Origin: Candidatus Micrarchaeota archaeon
GTDB lineage: Archaea > Micrarchaeota > Micrarchaeia > Norongarragalinales > UBA97
Direction: 5' to 3'
Length of the DNA stretch: 64,000 nt
Assembly: GCA_016194335.1 (NCBI GenBank)
Contig: JACQBR010000008.1
Coordinates: forward strand, 864 to 64,863
The notes under the pieces are model-generated. The model saw only the letters and a program-made list of their open reading frames with translations, was not told the origin of the DNA and did not search any database. Each line of letters starts with the position of its first letter. Positions within the stretch are counted from its first letter, which is position 1. A program made the translations under genes and the position numbers. Shown in pieces: positions 38,828 to 49,300 of the stretch.

Positions 38828-39046
38828 TCAGTTCGAAACCCCGATTACTTTCCTTTTCGACGCGCGGCCCCGCATTATCGCAACCCGATTCTTCGGGACT
38901 TTGAGAAAATCGGCAACCAGCCCGATTACTTCCGCATTCGCCTTCCCCTCAATCGGCTTTGCCCTCACGCGCACCTTAAGCCCGCCTTCAAACCTCTCGA
39001 CCCCGGGCTTGGATGAGTTTGCAACGACGCGGATTTCGATTAGCAT
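38828..39046 (-). CDS. DUF167/UPF0235 protein
   Basis: LKVRVRAKPIEGKAN, G..SK.K. Confidence 0.9.
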   Translation of the reverse strand: MLIEIRVVANSSKPGVERFEGGLKVRVRAKPIEGKANAEVIGLVADFLKVPKNRVAIMRGRASKRKVIGVSN

Positions 39047-39114
39047 TTTCCAACAAACCATATGTCGCCGATTTTTTAACCCTTCTCCATGAATATACTA
39101 TTCTGGTTAGTTCT

Positions 39115-39187
39115 GCCTTGGTGGTGTAGCGGTCTAGCATAATGGCCTGTCACGCCGTTGACTCGGGTTCGAATCCCGACCAGGGCG
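39115..39187 (+). tRNA. tRNA-Asp(GTC)
   Basis: GCCTTGG/CCAGGGC acceptor, ATGGC-CTGTCAC-GCCGT anticodon arm, GGTTCGAATCC. Confidence 0.96.
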
Positions 39188-40455
39188 CCTCTTCTTCTTT
39201 CCAGCCCTCTCGCGCGAGGGCATCCAGCTTGGAGTTCACATCCCCTAACGGGGCGCTTAACCGCATGCGCCGAAATAGGGGTTCACTCAATGTTCAGTCC
39301 GCACAGCTTACTTTACAATCGATTGTTAGGGCGTGTGCCTAAGAGTTCTACCCGCATGTTTTAGGCATACTTTTTATAGACTAAATGTGTGCTAAGCCTT
39401 AAATAGTCCGCCTGCCTATTACTCGCATGCGCACGCGGCTCAAGGTGGTGAACGGCCGGCAGTATTACTATCTGGAGGAGTCCATCCGGCTTGAGAAGCC
39501 AGTGGTCTACTCTGTTTTTTTGGGCAAGCGGATTCCCGCAAAAAAAGAGCTTGAAGCGAAGAAGGAGGGGTTGCTCGCCAAGATGTACGGCTCGCTTCTG
39601 GCTGGAGCAGAACGCCTCTTCCTTTCGCGGGAGCAGCTCGTTGAAGCCGAGAAGCTGCGTAGGCGATACGTGCAAAAAGTCAGGAAACTCGGCAAGGTTG
39701 CGCGGGATGAGAGGGAGGAAGTGGATGCAGTCAATTTCGTCTACACCACGCTTACCACCGAAGGCGTTCCTATTACCAGAGAGGACGCCAATCTTGCCTA
39801 CAAGTTCGACAGAAAGAATGTCAAGAACCTGCGCGACGAGAACCTGCGCGTTGCGCTCGACATGATCAAGGGCCTCAGGTTCGTCAAGGAAGGCAAGAAA
39901 GGGCTAACGCTTGATTTCCTAGCCAGGCTGCACGGCATCATCATGGCGCAGTACGGTGAACGAGCGCCTGGAGAATTCCGTTCAAAGCAGGCATACATTT
40001 ACCTCAAGAGCTACCAGCGGGCTGAAGAAATAGGCTTTCGGCCTCCAGCCCACCAAGAGGTAACGAAAAAACTCCGTGAGCTCGTCGAATGGTACAACGC
40101 CAACGAGGGAACGCTAAACGCCATCGAACTGGCCGCCCTGCTGCACCTGCGCTTTTACATGATTCACCCGTTCGAGGACGGCAACAAACGCGTTTCAAGG
40201 CTCTTGCTCAACAAGGCCCTCTTCGACAAGGGCTATCCCCTGCTAAACATCTCGAAAGACTCCCGAAGCTATTTCGACGCGCTCATAACCGCGGTCGAAC
40301 GGAGGGACGAAAAAGCCTTCGTGCAATTCGTCTACGAACAATTCATCGCACGCAAGTAGTCGGGAGTTCCTTTTCCGTTCTCGGGGACGGCCCATCTGAC
40401 GGCCAGCCATGCGACCAGGGCGCCTCTTCTTCTTTCCAGCCCTCTCGCGCGAGGG
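39177..40455. mobile_element. tRNA-Asp-anchored mini-island bounded by 44-bp direct repeats (39177-39220; 40412-40455)
   Basis: Exact duplication of the tRNA 3' end plus trailer around the Fic gene. Confidence 0.75.
39427..40359 (+). CDS. Fic-domain protein
   Basis: HPFEDGNKRVSR Fic motif. Confidence 0.95.
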   Translation: MRTRLKVVNGRQYYYLEESIRLEKPVVYSVFLGKRIPAKKELEAKKEGLLAKMYGSLLAGAERLFLSREQLVEAEKLRRRYVQKVRKLGKVARDEREEVDAVNFVYTTLTTEGVPITREDANLAYKFDRKNVKNLRDENLRVALDMIKGLRFVKEGKKGLTLDFLARLHGIIMAQYGERAPGEFRSKQAYIYLKSYQRAEEIGFRPPAHQEVTKKLRELVEWYNANEGTLNAIELAALLHLRFYMIHPFEDGNKRVSRLLLNKALFDKGYPLLNISKDSRSYFDALITAVERRDEKAFVQFVYEQFIARK

Positions 40456-40709
40456 GGCGTGTGCCTAACCTTTGGCGCGTAGCCCTTTCAAGGCGCTCCA
40501 ACTCCCGTCTGCCCGCCGATGGCATTTCGGAAGCGGAACGTTTAACCTTTTTTTAAAACGGCCGCGCATAGACTATCGTGCCGCTCCCCTAGAAGGCACC
40601 CCTGAAAACGCGCCTTTTTCCCCTTCTTTCTTTATTGGCTTTCTTTCGGGATTATTGTAGTGCCTAACTCTTTCCGGTTGAGTGCAAAACGCCCGGTCAT
40701 GCCAATCGC

Positions 40710-41780
40710 TCAGCCTGCGTTTTCGTAGTTGTACATCGCCGCGATTTCCGTTGCTGAAAGGGCGCGGGCGTACACGTGCGCCTCGTCGATCTGCCCGTTG
40801 AGGTTTTCGGCGTTGTAGTCAGTTCCCCCTCCGGCATACCAGTTGCGCGAGCCGGTGATTGCGTTGGCGTTTCCTGCGGAGTAGACTGGCGCGCCATTGA
40901 GGTAGAGCGTCACCGTTCCTGAAGACCTCACCCACGCGACGTGGTACCATTGGTTCGCGCTAAGAACCGGCCCGCCGCTTGTGGCTGCGGTGGCGTAATA
41001 GTTGACAATGCCGTTGTAGACATATAATTCAACCCCGCCGGCATTTCCAGAGCCGTAGTTGCCCATCACAAAATTAGCGACAGCTGGATTGACGAGATTC
41101 ACCCACGCGGTTGCCGTGAAATCCCCCGTGCCGGTTATCAACGGGGTTGAAAGGCCGATTTTCTGGCTTGAGCTTGGCCCGGCAAACGAATAGCACCCTC
41201 CCTTCTTGCAGGATGGAACGAATGTCGGCGGGCCGTTGAGGTTGCCGTTGTTGCCGCTGGGGCTCGCGTCAAGGGCGTTGTTTTCAAGGTGCAGCGAGAG
41301 CACCGCGGTGGAGTCCACCCAAGGGAGCCATGCGCCTTCGTACCTTCCGCGGATTGTCCCGGAAAGCGTGTGGTTGATTCCGCTCCGGGCGTTCACGTAC
41401 CATCCCCTTACCGCGCCTTGGTATGTGCTTCCGGGCGCACCTGAAGGCAATGCCCCGGACGCCTTGCACGTCGTGTTCCCCCCGGCTGCGACGGAGGCGG
41501 GGCTGCATGAGCCCCCTGCGACGGAGATGTTGCTTATGGCGTTTCCGAGCTGGTTGTTCAGAATGATCGTGAGCTTTCCGAGCGGGTCGACTGAAAAATC
41601 GCTTGCCAGCATTCCGGAGAACCCCGATGCGCTTTTGACGCCGATGAAGGACTCGGGGCTGAAGACGCCGGTGTACCACAAGGCCGCGCCGATGATGACG
41701 ATTGCGAGGATGGCCCAGCCGTAAGTGACGAGGTATTCGAGTGCGGACTGTCCCCTCGGGCGTGCAGGTTGCAATGCCAT
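40710..41780 (-). CDS. Archaeal pilin-like protein with class III signal peptide and LamG/concanavalin domain
   Basis: RGQSALEYLVTYGWAIL prepilin motif; WYHVA, LYLNG, G.IDE..VY.RALS..EI. Confidence 0.88.
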   Translation of the reverse strand: MALQPARPRGQSALEYLVTYGWAILAIVIIGAALWYTGVFSPESFIGVKSASGFSGMLASDFSVDPLGKLTIILNNQLGNAISNISVAGGSCSPASVAAGGNTTCKASGALPSGAPGSTYQGAVRGWYVNARSGINHTLSGTIRGRYEGAWLPWVDSTAVLSLHLENNALDASPSGNNGNLNGPPTFVPSCKKGGCYSFAGPSSSQKIGLSTPLITGTGDFTATAWVNLVNPAVANFVMGNYGSGNAGGVELYVYNGIVNYYATAATSGGPVLSANQWYHVAWVRSSGTVTLYLNGAPVYSAGNANAITGSRNWYAGGGTDYNAENLNGQIDEAHVYARALSATEIAAMYNYENAG

Positions 41781-42016
41781 GGGATGAATCTCCAATGGAC
41801 TACTGTTTGGAGGTTTATAAAGCGGCATCAAACCGCACTTTGTCTCGTCAACCGCCGGCCTTATTTCAAGGGCTGGTTTGGTTCAGAAGGAAATCACTTC
41901 CTGCCCGGATATTGCCGCAGCATCCCTTACTCTCACCGCCCGCCTTTGCTCACTCTTTTATACCGATGATTCCTTACTTTAGTTGCAAAGTTCGTTTTTG
42001 GAGGATTGATTTGAAA

Positions 42017-42295
42017 ATGGGAATGCATGGAACGTGCAAGAAGGTAATGGGCGTTTTGGTTTTGGCATCGGGCGTCGCCTTGGCAATGGGCGGGTGGGGC
42101 TATCTCACCGTCACCGGCGCGCTTAAGGTGGCCGGCGTTCTCTTCGTGCTCAAGGGCCTTTCTGCACTTGCCCACTCGATGAACATGTGCCCCCAGTGCA
42201 GCGAGGCTTGCGGCCACGGCGGCAATTGCGACTGCGGCCACGGGGGATGCTGCATGCAGGAAAAGGCGGCCGCGCACAGGGGCAGGCGCAGGTAA
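42017..42295 (+). CDS. Small two-TM protein with Cys/His-rich tail
   Basis: Two hydrophobic helices then CPQCSEACGHGGNCDCGHGGCC; SD GAGGA upstream. Confidence 0.65.
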   Translation: MGMHGTCKKVMGVLVLASGVALAMGGWGYLTVTGALKVAGVLFVLKGLSALAHSMNMCPQCSEACGHGGNCDCGHGGCCMQEKAAAHRGRRR

Positions 42296-42440
42296 GTTCC
42301 AACCGGAAACAGGAGGCAAGCCCCCAGGGGGATGTTGGGGGCTAAAGCTTCCCATTTCACTTCAGATAGCCTTTTAATCTTTTCTTTTCTAATAACTACT
42401 GTCGCAGTCAAGCGTAGCGTATTCTTGGGTTGGTATAAGG

Positions 42441-42680
42441 TTGGGGACCGCAGAGCATATACTCGTGCCTAAGCATTCCATTGCCACCGAGCAGGAGGTG
42501 GCGGGTTTGCTCGAGAAATTCGGCAAGCCAGTGCAGGCCCTGCCCCTCATCGCAACCGACGACCCGGCAATCAAGGAATTGGGCGCAAGGGAGGGCGACG
42601 TGATCCGCATCGACCGCAACAGCCCCACGACCGGCAAGGTCGAGCCTTACTACCGCCTGGTTTCAGAGCTTGACGACTAG
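42441..42680 (+). CDS. rpoH: RNA polymerase subunit Rpo5/H
   Basis: HILVPKH, LP.I...DP, GDVIRI.R.SPT.G, YYRLV. Confidence 0.96.
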   Translation: MGTAEHILVPKHSIATEQEVAGLLEKFGKPVQALPLIATDDPAIKELGAREGDVIRIDRNSPTTGKVEPYYRLVSELDD

Positions 42681-42798
42681 GGATTTGCATTACTCGCCCA
42701 TTCGCCGCAATGGCGATTCGGGAAAATCTACAAACGGACCCCTGCGGGCCATCTGCTCTTCGGGGCCGCAGTTGGGTTTTTCGGAGCGTGGTGGGAAG

Positions 42799-44268
42799 AT
42801 GGCCTTTGAGGAAATCACGGCTGATTATCTGCGGGAAAACAGCCTGGTCAAGCAGTTCATAGAGTCTTACGACAAGTTCGTCGAGACGGGCTTGCAGGAA
42901 GTGGTGGACAGCCAGCAGGTCATCGAGCCGCAGATTGAGGGGCTCGTGCTGCGCCTGGGCCGCATCCGCGTGGAGAAGCCGCGCGTGATCGAGGTGGACG
43001 GGTCTTCCCGCGTTTTCTACCCGGCCGAAACGCGCGCGCGCGACCTTTCGTACACCGCGCCGCTCTTTCTGGAAATCACTCCCGTCATCCACGGGAGCGA
43101 AAAGCGCACTGAAGAGGTGTTCGTGGGCGAACTGCCCGTGATGGTGAAGAGCAAGCTCTGCTACCTCAACGGGAAGTCCGCACAGGAGCTTGTCGAACTT
43201 GGCGAGGATGCCAAGGATCCGGGGGCGTATTTCGTCATCAACGGGACGGAAAAGACGCTCGTCACCCTCGAGGACCTTGCGCCAAACCGCATTCTGGTCT
43301 CGCGGGAGAAGGACGGCAAGTCGGTTCAGTCCAAGATTTTCTCCACCCGACTGGGATTCCGCGGCCGCTGCACCGTCGACCGCAGCACGGAAGGCAAGCT
43401 GAGCGTGACGATGCCCAGCTACGGCAAGCCCCTCGAGCTCACCCTCACGCTCAAGGCGTTGGGCATGGACAAGGTGGAGAAAATCGTCGAGGCGTTTTCG
43501 CAGGACCCCGAAGTGCAGAACGACATTGCCCTCAACCTCGAGATTGACGAGGCCAAAAACCGGCGCGAGGCCCTTGAGATAATCGGGAAGCGCGCGGCCC
43601 CCGGCCAGCCTGTTGAGTACCAGGTGCGGCGCGCGGAACTGCTTCTTGACCGTTATCTCCTTCCCCACATCGGCATCGACGAGAGCGCGCGCATCCCCAA
43701 GGCGTATTTCCTCACGCGCATGGCAGAACGCGCCACGATGGTGGCGTACAGGAAGCGCGCGCCCGAGGACAAGGACCACTATGCCAACAAGCGCCTCAAA
43801 ATAAGCGGAATGCTCATGGAAGAGCTGTTCCGCTATTCCTTCCAGTTCCTCGTCAAGGACGTGGCGTACCAGATGGAGCGCGCGAACGTGCGCGGCCGCA
43901 AGATGTCGATGTTCGCCGTCGTTCGCCCCGACGCCCTCACCGAGAGGCTGAAGTATTCAATGGCAACCGGCAACTGGGTGGGCGGGCACACGGGCGTTTC
44001 CCAGCCGCTTGACCGCTACAACTACATCAGCGCAATGAGCTTCCTGCGCCGCGTCACTTCCCCCTTGGCAAAGAAGCATCCCCACTACAAGGCGCGCGAC
44101 CTCAACGGCACGCACTTCGGCAGGCTCGACCCCAACGAAACGCCGGAAGGCCCCAACTGCGGCCTGGTAAAGGCGCTCGCTCTCTTCAGCGAAGTCACCA
44201 CGGGCACTCCCGAGGAGGAAGTGGAGCATTTGCTCAAGAAGATGGACGTCAGCCTCAGGCTGGACTAG
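42799..44268 (+). CDS. rpoB2: RNA polymerase subunit B'' (Rpo2N)
   Basis: R.RDLSY.APL, DPG.YFVING, DKDHYANKRL, ETPEGPNCGLVK. Confidence 0.97.
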   Translation: MAFEEITADYLRENSLVKQFIESYDKFVETGLQEVVDSQQVIEPQIEGLVLRLGRIRVEKPRVIEVDGSSRVFYPAETRARDLSYTAPLFLEITPVIHGSEKRTEEVFVGELPVMVKSKLCYLNGKSAQELVELGEDAKDPGAYFVINGTEKTLVTLEDLAPNRILVSREKDGKSVQSKIFSTRLGFRGRCTVDRSTEGKLSVTMPSYGKPLELTLTLKALGMDKVEKIVEAFSQDPEVQNDIALNLEIDEAKNRREALEIIGKRAAPGQPVEYQVRRAELLLDRYLLPHIGIDESARIPKAYFLTRMAERATMVAYRKRAPEDKDHYANKRLKISGMLMEELFRYSFQFLVKDVAYQMERANVRGRKMSMFAVVRPDALTERLKYSMATGNWVGGHTGVSQPLDRYNYISAMSFLRRVTSPLAKKHPHYKARDLNGTHFGRLDPNETPEGPNCGLVKALALFSEVTTGTPEEEVEHLLKKMDVSLRLD

Positions 44269-44374
44269 CGCAGTTCCATTTTGGTTTTTCGTTTTGTTTT
44301 TTTTTTGGTGCGGGAATCAAAAAAGATATTTTCAGGAAATCAAGGTCGTCATCAACTTCAGGGTGGTAGGGCAG

Positions 44375-46189
44375 ATGGCAAACAAGGCTTCGGTTTATCT
44401 CAACGGCCGCTTCGTCGGCTTCAGCGACAACGGCGAGAAGCTCGCGAGGGAATTGCGCGAGAAGAGGCGCGAGGGCGCGGTCCATTACCACACCAACGTC
44501 GCGTTCTACAAGAACACCAACGAGGTGTTCGTAAACAGCGACGAGGGAAGGCCGGTGAGGCCGCTTATAGTGGTGAAGGGAGGCAAGCCGGCAGTCACTC
44601 CCGAAATGCGCGAAAAGGTCCGCGCGGGCTCGCTTCACTTCAACGATTTGGTCAAGCAGGGCTCGATTGAATTCCTCGATTCGGAAGAGGAGGAGAACGC
44701 CCGCGTTGCGATGGACGAGTTGGTCATAGGGGAGAAGACCACGCATCTCGAAATCGACCCCCTCGGCATCCTCGGCTACGCAAGCGCCCAAGTCCCGTTC
44801 CCCGAGTACAACATGGCCCCACGCGTGCTGATGGCAGCCCAGCACACGAAACAGGCAATGGGGCTTTACGCGTCCAACTTCAACCTGCGCACCGACACGC
44901 GCGGCCACATCCTTTTCTACCCCCAGCGCCCGCTCGTCCAGACGAGGGCATACCGGGTGCTGGGGCAGGAGAAGCGGGCAAGCGGGCAGAACTTCGTCGT
45001 CGCGATCCTTTCGTACAAGGGCTTCAACATGAACGACGCGGTGGTGCTCAGCCAGAGCGCAATCGAGCGCGGGCTTGGCCGCAGCGCATTCCTGCGGACA
45101 TACACGGCCGAAGAGCGCCGCTACCCCGGGGGCCAGCGCGACAGGTTTGAAAACCCGCAGGAATTCGTGCAGGGGTACATGGGCGAGGAGACGTACAGGC
45201 ATCTTGACGAGGACGGCATCATCAGCCCGGAAACGCAGGTTGCCGGCGACGCGGTGCTCGTGGGAAAAACCTCCCCGCCCCGTTTTCTCAAGGAGGTTTC
45301 GGCCCTTGACGTGGAGACCGAACGCAGGCGCGAGTCCAGCGTGACGGTGCGCAGCAACGAGAGCGGCGTTGTCGACGCGGTCATCATGAGCCAGACCACC
45401 AGCGGAAACAGGCTTGCGAAAATCCGCGTGAGGAACACCTGCATTCCCGAAATCGGCGACAAGTTCGCATCCCGCTTCGGCCAGAAGGGAGTAATCGCCC
45501 TTGTCGCAAAGCAGGAGGACCTCCCATTCACCAAGGACGGCGTCACTCCCGACCTCATCATCAACCCCCACGCCATCCCCGGCCGCATGACTGCCGGCCA
45601 CCTTCTCGAGATGATCGGGGGCAAGGCATCGTGCGTCGACGGGGCGCTCAAGGACGGCACGGCATTTACCGGCGCGAAGCAGGAGGACTTCGAAAAGGCG
45701 CTTCTGGCATCCGGCATGTCCCCCGCGGGGCAGGAATACCTCTACGACGGCAGCACCGGAAAGATGATGGCAGCGAAAATCTTCGTGGGCGTCATTTACT
45801 ACCAGCGCCTCCACCACCTCGTCCAGCTCAAGATGCACGCGCGCAGCCGCGGGCCCGTGCAGATGCTCACCCACCAGCCCACGGAAGGCCGCGCCCGCGA
45901 GGGAGGCCTGAGGCTGGGGGAGATGGAACGCGACTGCTTCATCGGCTTCGGCGCGGCCCTTCTCCTGCGCGAGAGGATGATCGACGCTTCGGACAAGACC
46001 GTGGAGCTGATTTGCAACCCCTGCGGCGGCGCGGGCGTGTACGACAAGGTCAAGAAAATCAAGTACTGCTCGCTCTGCGAATCCGGCGACGTGGAGGAAG
46101 TGGAGATGTCCTACGCCTTCAAGTTGCTGCTTGACGAGATGAAGAGCATCGGAATCAGCCCCAAGATAAAGCTGAAGGCCAGGGGATGA
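44375..46189 (+). CDS. rpoB1: RNA polymerase subunit B' (Rpo2C)
   Basis: GDKFASRFGQKG, NPHAIP.RMT, GGLRLGEMERD. Confidence 0.97.
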   Translation: MANKASVYLNGRFVGFSDNGEKLARELREKRREGAVHYHTNVAFYKNTNEVFVNSDEGRPVRPLIVVKGGKPAVTPEMREKVRAGSLHFNDLVKQGSIEFLDSEEEENARVAMDELVIGEKTTHLEIDPLGILGYASAQVPFPEYNMAPRVLMAAQHTKQAMGLYASNFNLRTDTRGHILFYPQRPLVQTRAYRVLGQEKRASGQNFVVAILSYKGFNMNDAVVLSQSAIERGLGRSAFLRTYTAEERRYPGGQRDRFENPQEFVQGYMGEETYRHLDEDGIISPETQVAGDAVLVGKTSPPRFLKEVSALDVETERRRESSVTVRSNESGVVDAVIMSQTTSGNRLAKIRVRNTCIPEIGDKFASRFGQKGVIALVAKQEDLPFTKDGVTPDLIINPHAIPGRMTAGHLLEMIGGKASCVDGALKDGTAFTGAKQEDFEKALLASGMSPAGQEYLYDGSTGKMMAAKIFVGVIYYQRLHHLVQLKMHARSRGPVQMLTHQPTEGRAREGGLRLGEMERDCFIGFGAALLLRERMIDASDKTVELICNPCGGAGVYDKVKKIKYCSLCESGDVEEVEMSYAFKLLLDEMKSIGISPKIKLKARG

Positions 46190-46321
46190 GCCCCCCATTC
46201 ATCCCTTGATTTTTTTTCCCGTTGATGAATTGTTTTTTTTTGTTTTTTGTTTTCGTCAAGTAGATTCTTCAGATTGTTTTGCGGTTCTCAAATCCGTTCA
46301 AACGCCGGCTGGTGGTAAAAA

Positions 46322-49300
46322 ATGAAGGTCATTGGTGCGATTGAGTTCGGCGTTTTCTCCCCCGAGCAGGTGCGCAAGATGTCGGCCGTGAAGATCACCG
46401 TGCCCGACACTTACGACGAGGACGGCTACCCCATCAACGGCGGGCTTGCCGACCAGCACCTCGGCGTCATCGACCCGGGCCTGCGCTGCAAGTCCTGCGG
46501 CGGCCGCATGAAAAGCTGCTCGGGCCACTTCGGCCACATTGAGATGGTGCGGCCCGTCATCCACGTGGGGTTCGCAAAGGCCGTTTACCACCTGCTCAAG
46601 GCGACGTGCCGCAAGTGCTCCCGCCTGCTTGTCGAGGACAGCACTTTTGAGAAGCCCAAGAAGGCCGCGGTCTGCCCCCACTGCGCCGAGCAGCAGGGCG
46701 CGATAAAGTTTGTCAAGCCCACGAGCTTTTTCGAGGACGTGGGCGGCAAGGAAAGGAGGCTTTTGCCCAACGAAGTTCGCGAGAGGATGGAGCACATTTC
46801 CGACGAGGACCTCAACACCCTCGGCGTGAAAATCAGGCCCGAGTGGATGGTCCTTACCGTCCTCATCGTCCCTCCGGTCACCGTGCGCCCCAGCATCACC
46901 CTTGAGACGGGCGAGCGCAGCGAGGACGACCTCACCCACAAACTCGTGGACGTGCTGCGCATCAACCAGCGCCTCGGCGAGAACATCGACGCCGGCGCCC
47001 CGCAGCTCATCATCGAGGACTTGTGGGAGCTTCTCCAATACCACGTCGCGACTTTCTTCGACAACGAGACCGCAGGCATCCCGCCTGCAAGGCACCGCAG
47101 CGGAAGGCAGCTCAAGACGCTCTTCCAGCGCCTCAAGGGCAAGGAAGGCAGGTTCCGCTACAACCTTTCGGGCAAGCGCGTGAACTTCAGCGGCCGCACC
47201 GTCATTTCCCCCGACCCCACCCTCGGCATCAACGAGCTCGGGGTTTCCGAGCACATCGCAAGGGAGCTTACAGTCCCGATTTTCGTCACCGAATGGAATC
47301 TCGAGCCCATCAAGGAGCTTGTCAAGGGCCATCCGGAAAAAATCAATTACGTCATCCGCCCCGACGGCAAGCGCAAGAAGCTCATCGGCCTCAACATCGA
47401 GGAAGTGACGGCGGAAATCGTCCCCGGCTACACTGTGGAGCGGCAGCTTATGGATGACGACATCGTGATTTTCAACCGCCAGCCCAGCCTCCACCGCGTG
47501 AGCATGATGGCCCACCACGTCAAGGTCCTTCCGGGAAAGACTTTCCGCTTCAACTCCGCCGTCTGCAAGCCGTACAACGCCGACTTCGACGGGGACGAGA
47601 TGAACATCCACGTTCCGCAGAACGAGGAGGCGCAGGCCGAGGCGGAAATCCTCATGAAGGCCCAGGAGCAGATCCTCTCCCCCCGCAACGGCGAGCCCAT
47701 AGTAGTTCCCGAGCTCGATCAGATTTCCGGCCTTTACATGCTTACCGCCAAGGGCGTGGAATTCCCCCGTTCGGAAGCGGCGATGATGCTTTCCCGCGCC
47801 GGCGTCAACGACGCCGAGTTCAAGGGGGAGAAGGTTTCAGGACGGGAAATCCTCTCCGCGATTCTCCCCAAGGAATTCGACTTCGAATGCGCCAGCCTCG
47901 CGTTCCACCAGAAGTGCAAGGAGTGCCCCGGGGGCAAGTGCGCCGAGCACGACTCCACCGTAGTGGTGAAGAACGGCAAGTTTTTGCGCGGCCATCTCGA
48001 CGGCCGCTCGAGCGACAAGCTCGTCCGCGCGCTATTCAAGGAATTCGGAAGCGACGCGGCGGCGAAATACCTCGACGCGGCAACCAAGATTTCCGTCGAC
48101 GTTGCCACCGACTTCGGCATCTCCCTCTCGCTTGACGACTACGCCATTACGGACAAGACCCGCGGGGAGCTCGGCGAGCTTTACCTCACGGCGCACAAGG
48201 GGGTGCGCAAGCTCATCCAGAAATACCGCATGAAGAGGCTCGCGCGGCTGCCCGGCAAGACGCTCAAGGAGACGCTGGAGGAGCAGGTGATGGACATCCT
48301 CGAGGCGGTTCGCCACGACGCGTGGGGCATAATCAAGACCCACGTGCGCAAGCACCCCGTGAAGTTCGGCGGGGCGGAAATAATGCACAACTCCGCGCTT
48401 CTCATGGCCGACTCCGGCGCGAGGGGCAAGCCCATCAACGTCGTGCAGATGGCTGGCATCGTCGGCCAGCAGGCCGTGCGCGGAAAGCGCATGCGCTCAG
48501 GGTACAAGGGCCGCATCCTTTCCCACTTCGCAAAGGGCGACCTTTCCGACCTCGCGCGCGGGTTCGTGCGCGACAGTTACGTCCGCGGCCTTTCCCCCCA
48601 CGAGTACTTCTTCCACGCCGCAGGAGGCAGGGACAGCGTCGTTGACAAGGGAGTCAACCCCGCCAAGACGGGTTACATGCAGCGCAGGCTCATCAACGCC
48701 CTTCAGGACATCGTGGTGCAGAAGGACCTCACCGCAAGCGACGCGGAGGGGAAAATCATCCAGTTCAAGTACGGCGACGACGGGATGCACCCGGCGGGGA
48801 ACGCCGTGGCATACGGCGAGCCCGTGGGAGTGATCGCGGCTCAGAGCATCGGCGAGCCCGGAACGCAGATGTCCATCCCTTCGGGTGAAAAAGTGGTCGT
48901 AAGCATTGACGGCGCGATGAAACCCGTGGCAATCGGGGAGTTCGTGGACGGGCTCATCGAGAAGCATGGCTCGATCAAAATAGGCGGGGCTTCGGTTGTG
49001 GACCTTCCCCAAAGCGCAGGCATTTGCGTCCCCAGCCTCTCGCAGGAAGGCAAGGTTGTTTTCAAGAGGCTCATTTCCGCCAGCAGGCACGAGTGCGGAA
49101 AGAAAATCCTCGAGATAACCACGCGTTCGGGAAGGAAAATCCGCGCGACCGACAACCACTCCTTCGTCATCCGCAAGGACAACAGAATCATTCCCGTCAT
49201 GGGAAGTTCCCTCAAGGTCGGCCAGAGGATTCCCGTTGTCAAGTCCATGCCCTCCCCCGCACTGTTTGCCCAAGGTGCCGAGAGCCTTGATTTGCAGCAA

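Noticed and set aside
42799..46189. Split RpoB as a gene disruption
   Set aside because: The B''/B' split is a known state in many archaea, and both halves are intact with their own starts.
44255..46198. Long antisense ORFs opposite rpoB, rpoA, aCPSF1, ppsA and tuf
   Set aside because: They are shadow ORFs caused by GC-rich codon usage and show no recognisable motifs.
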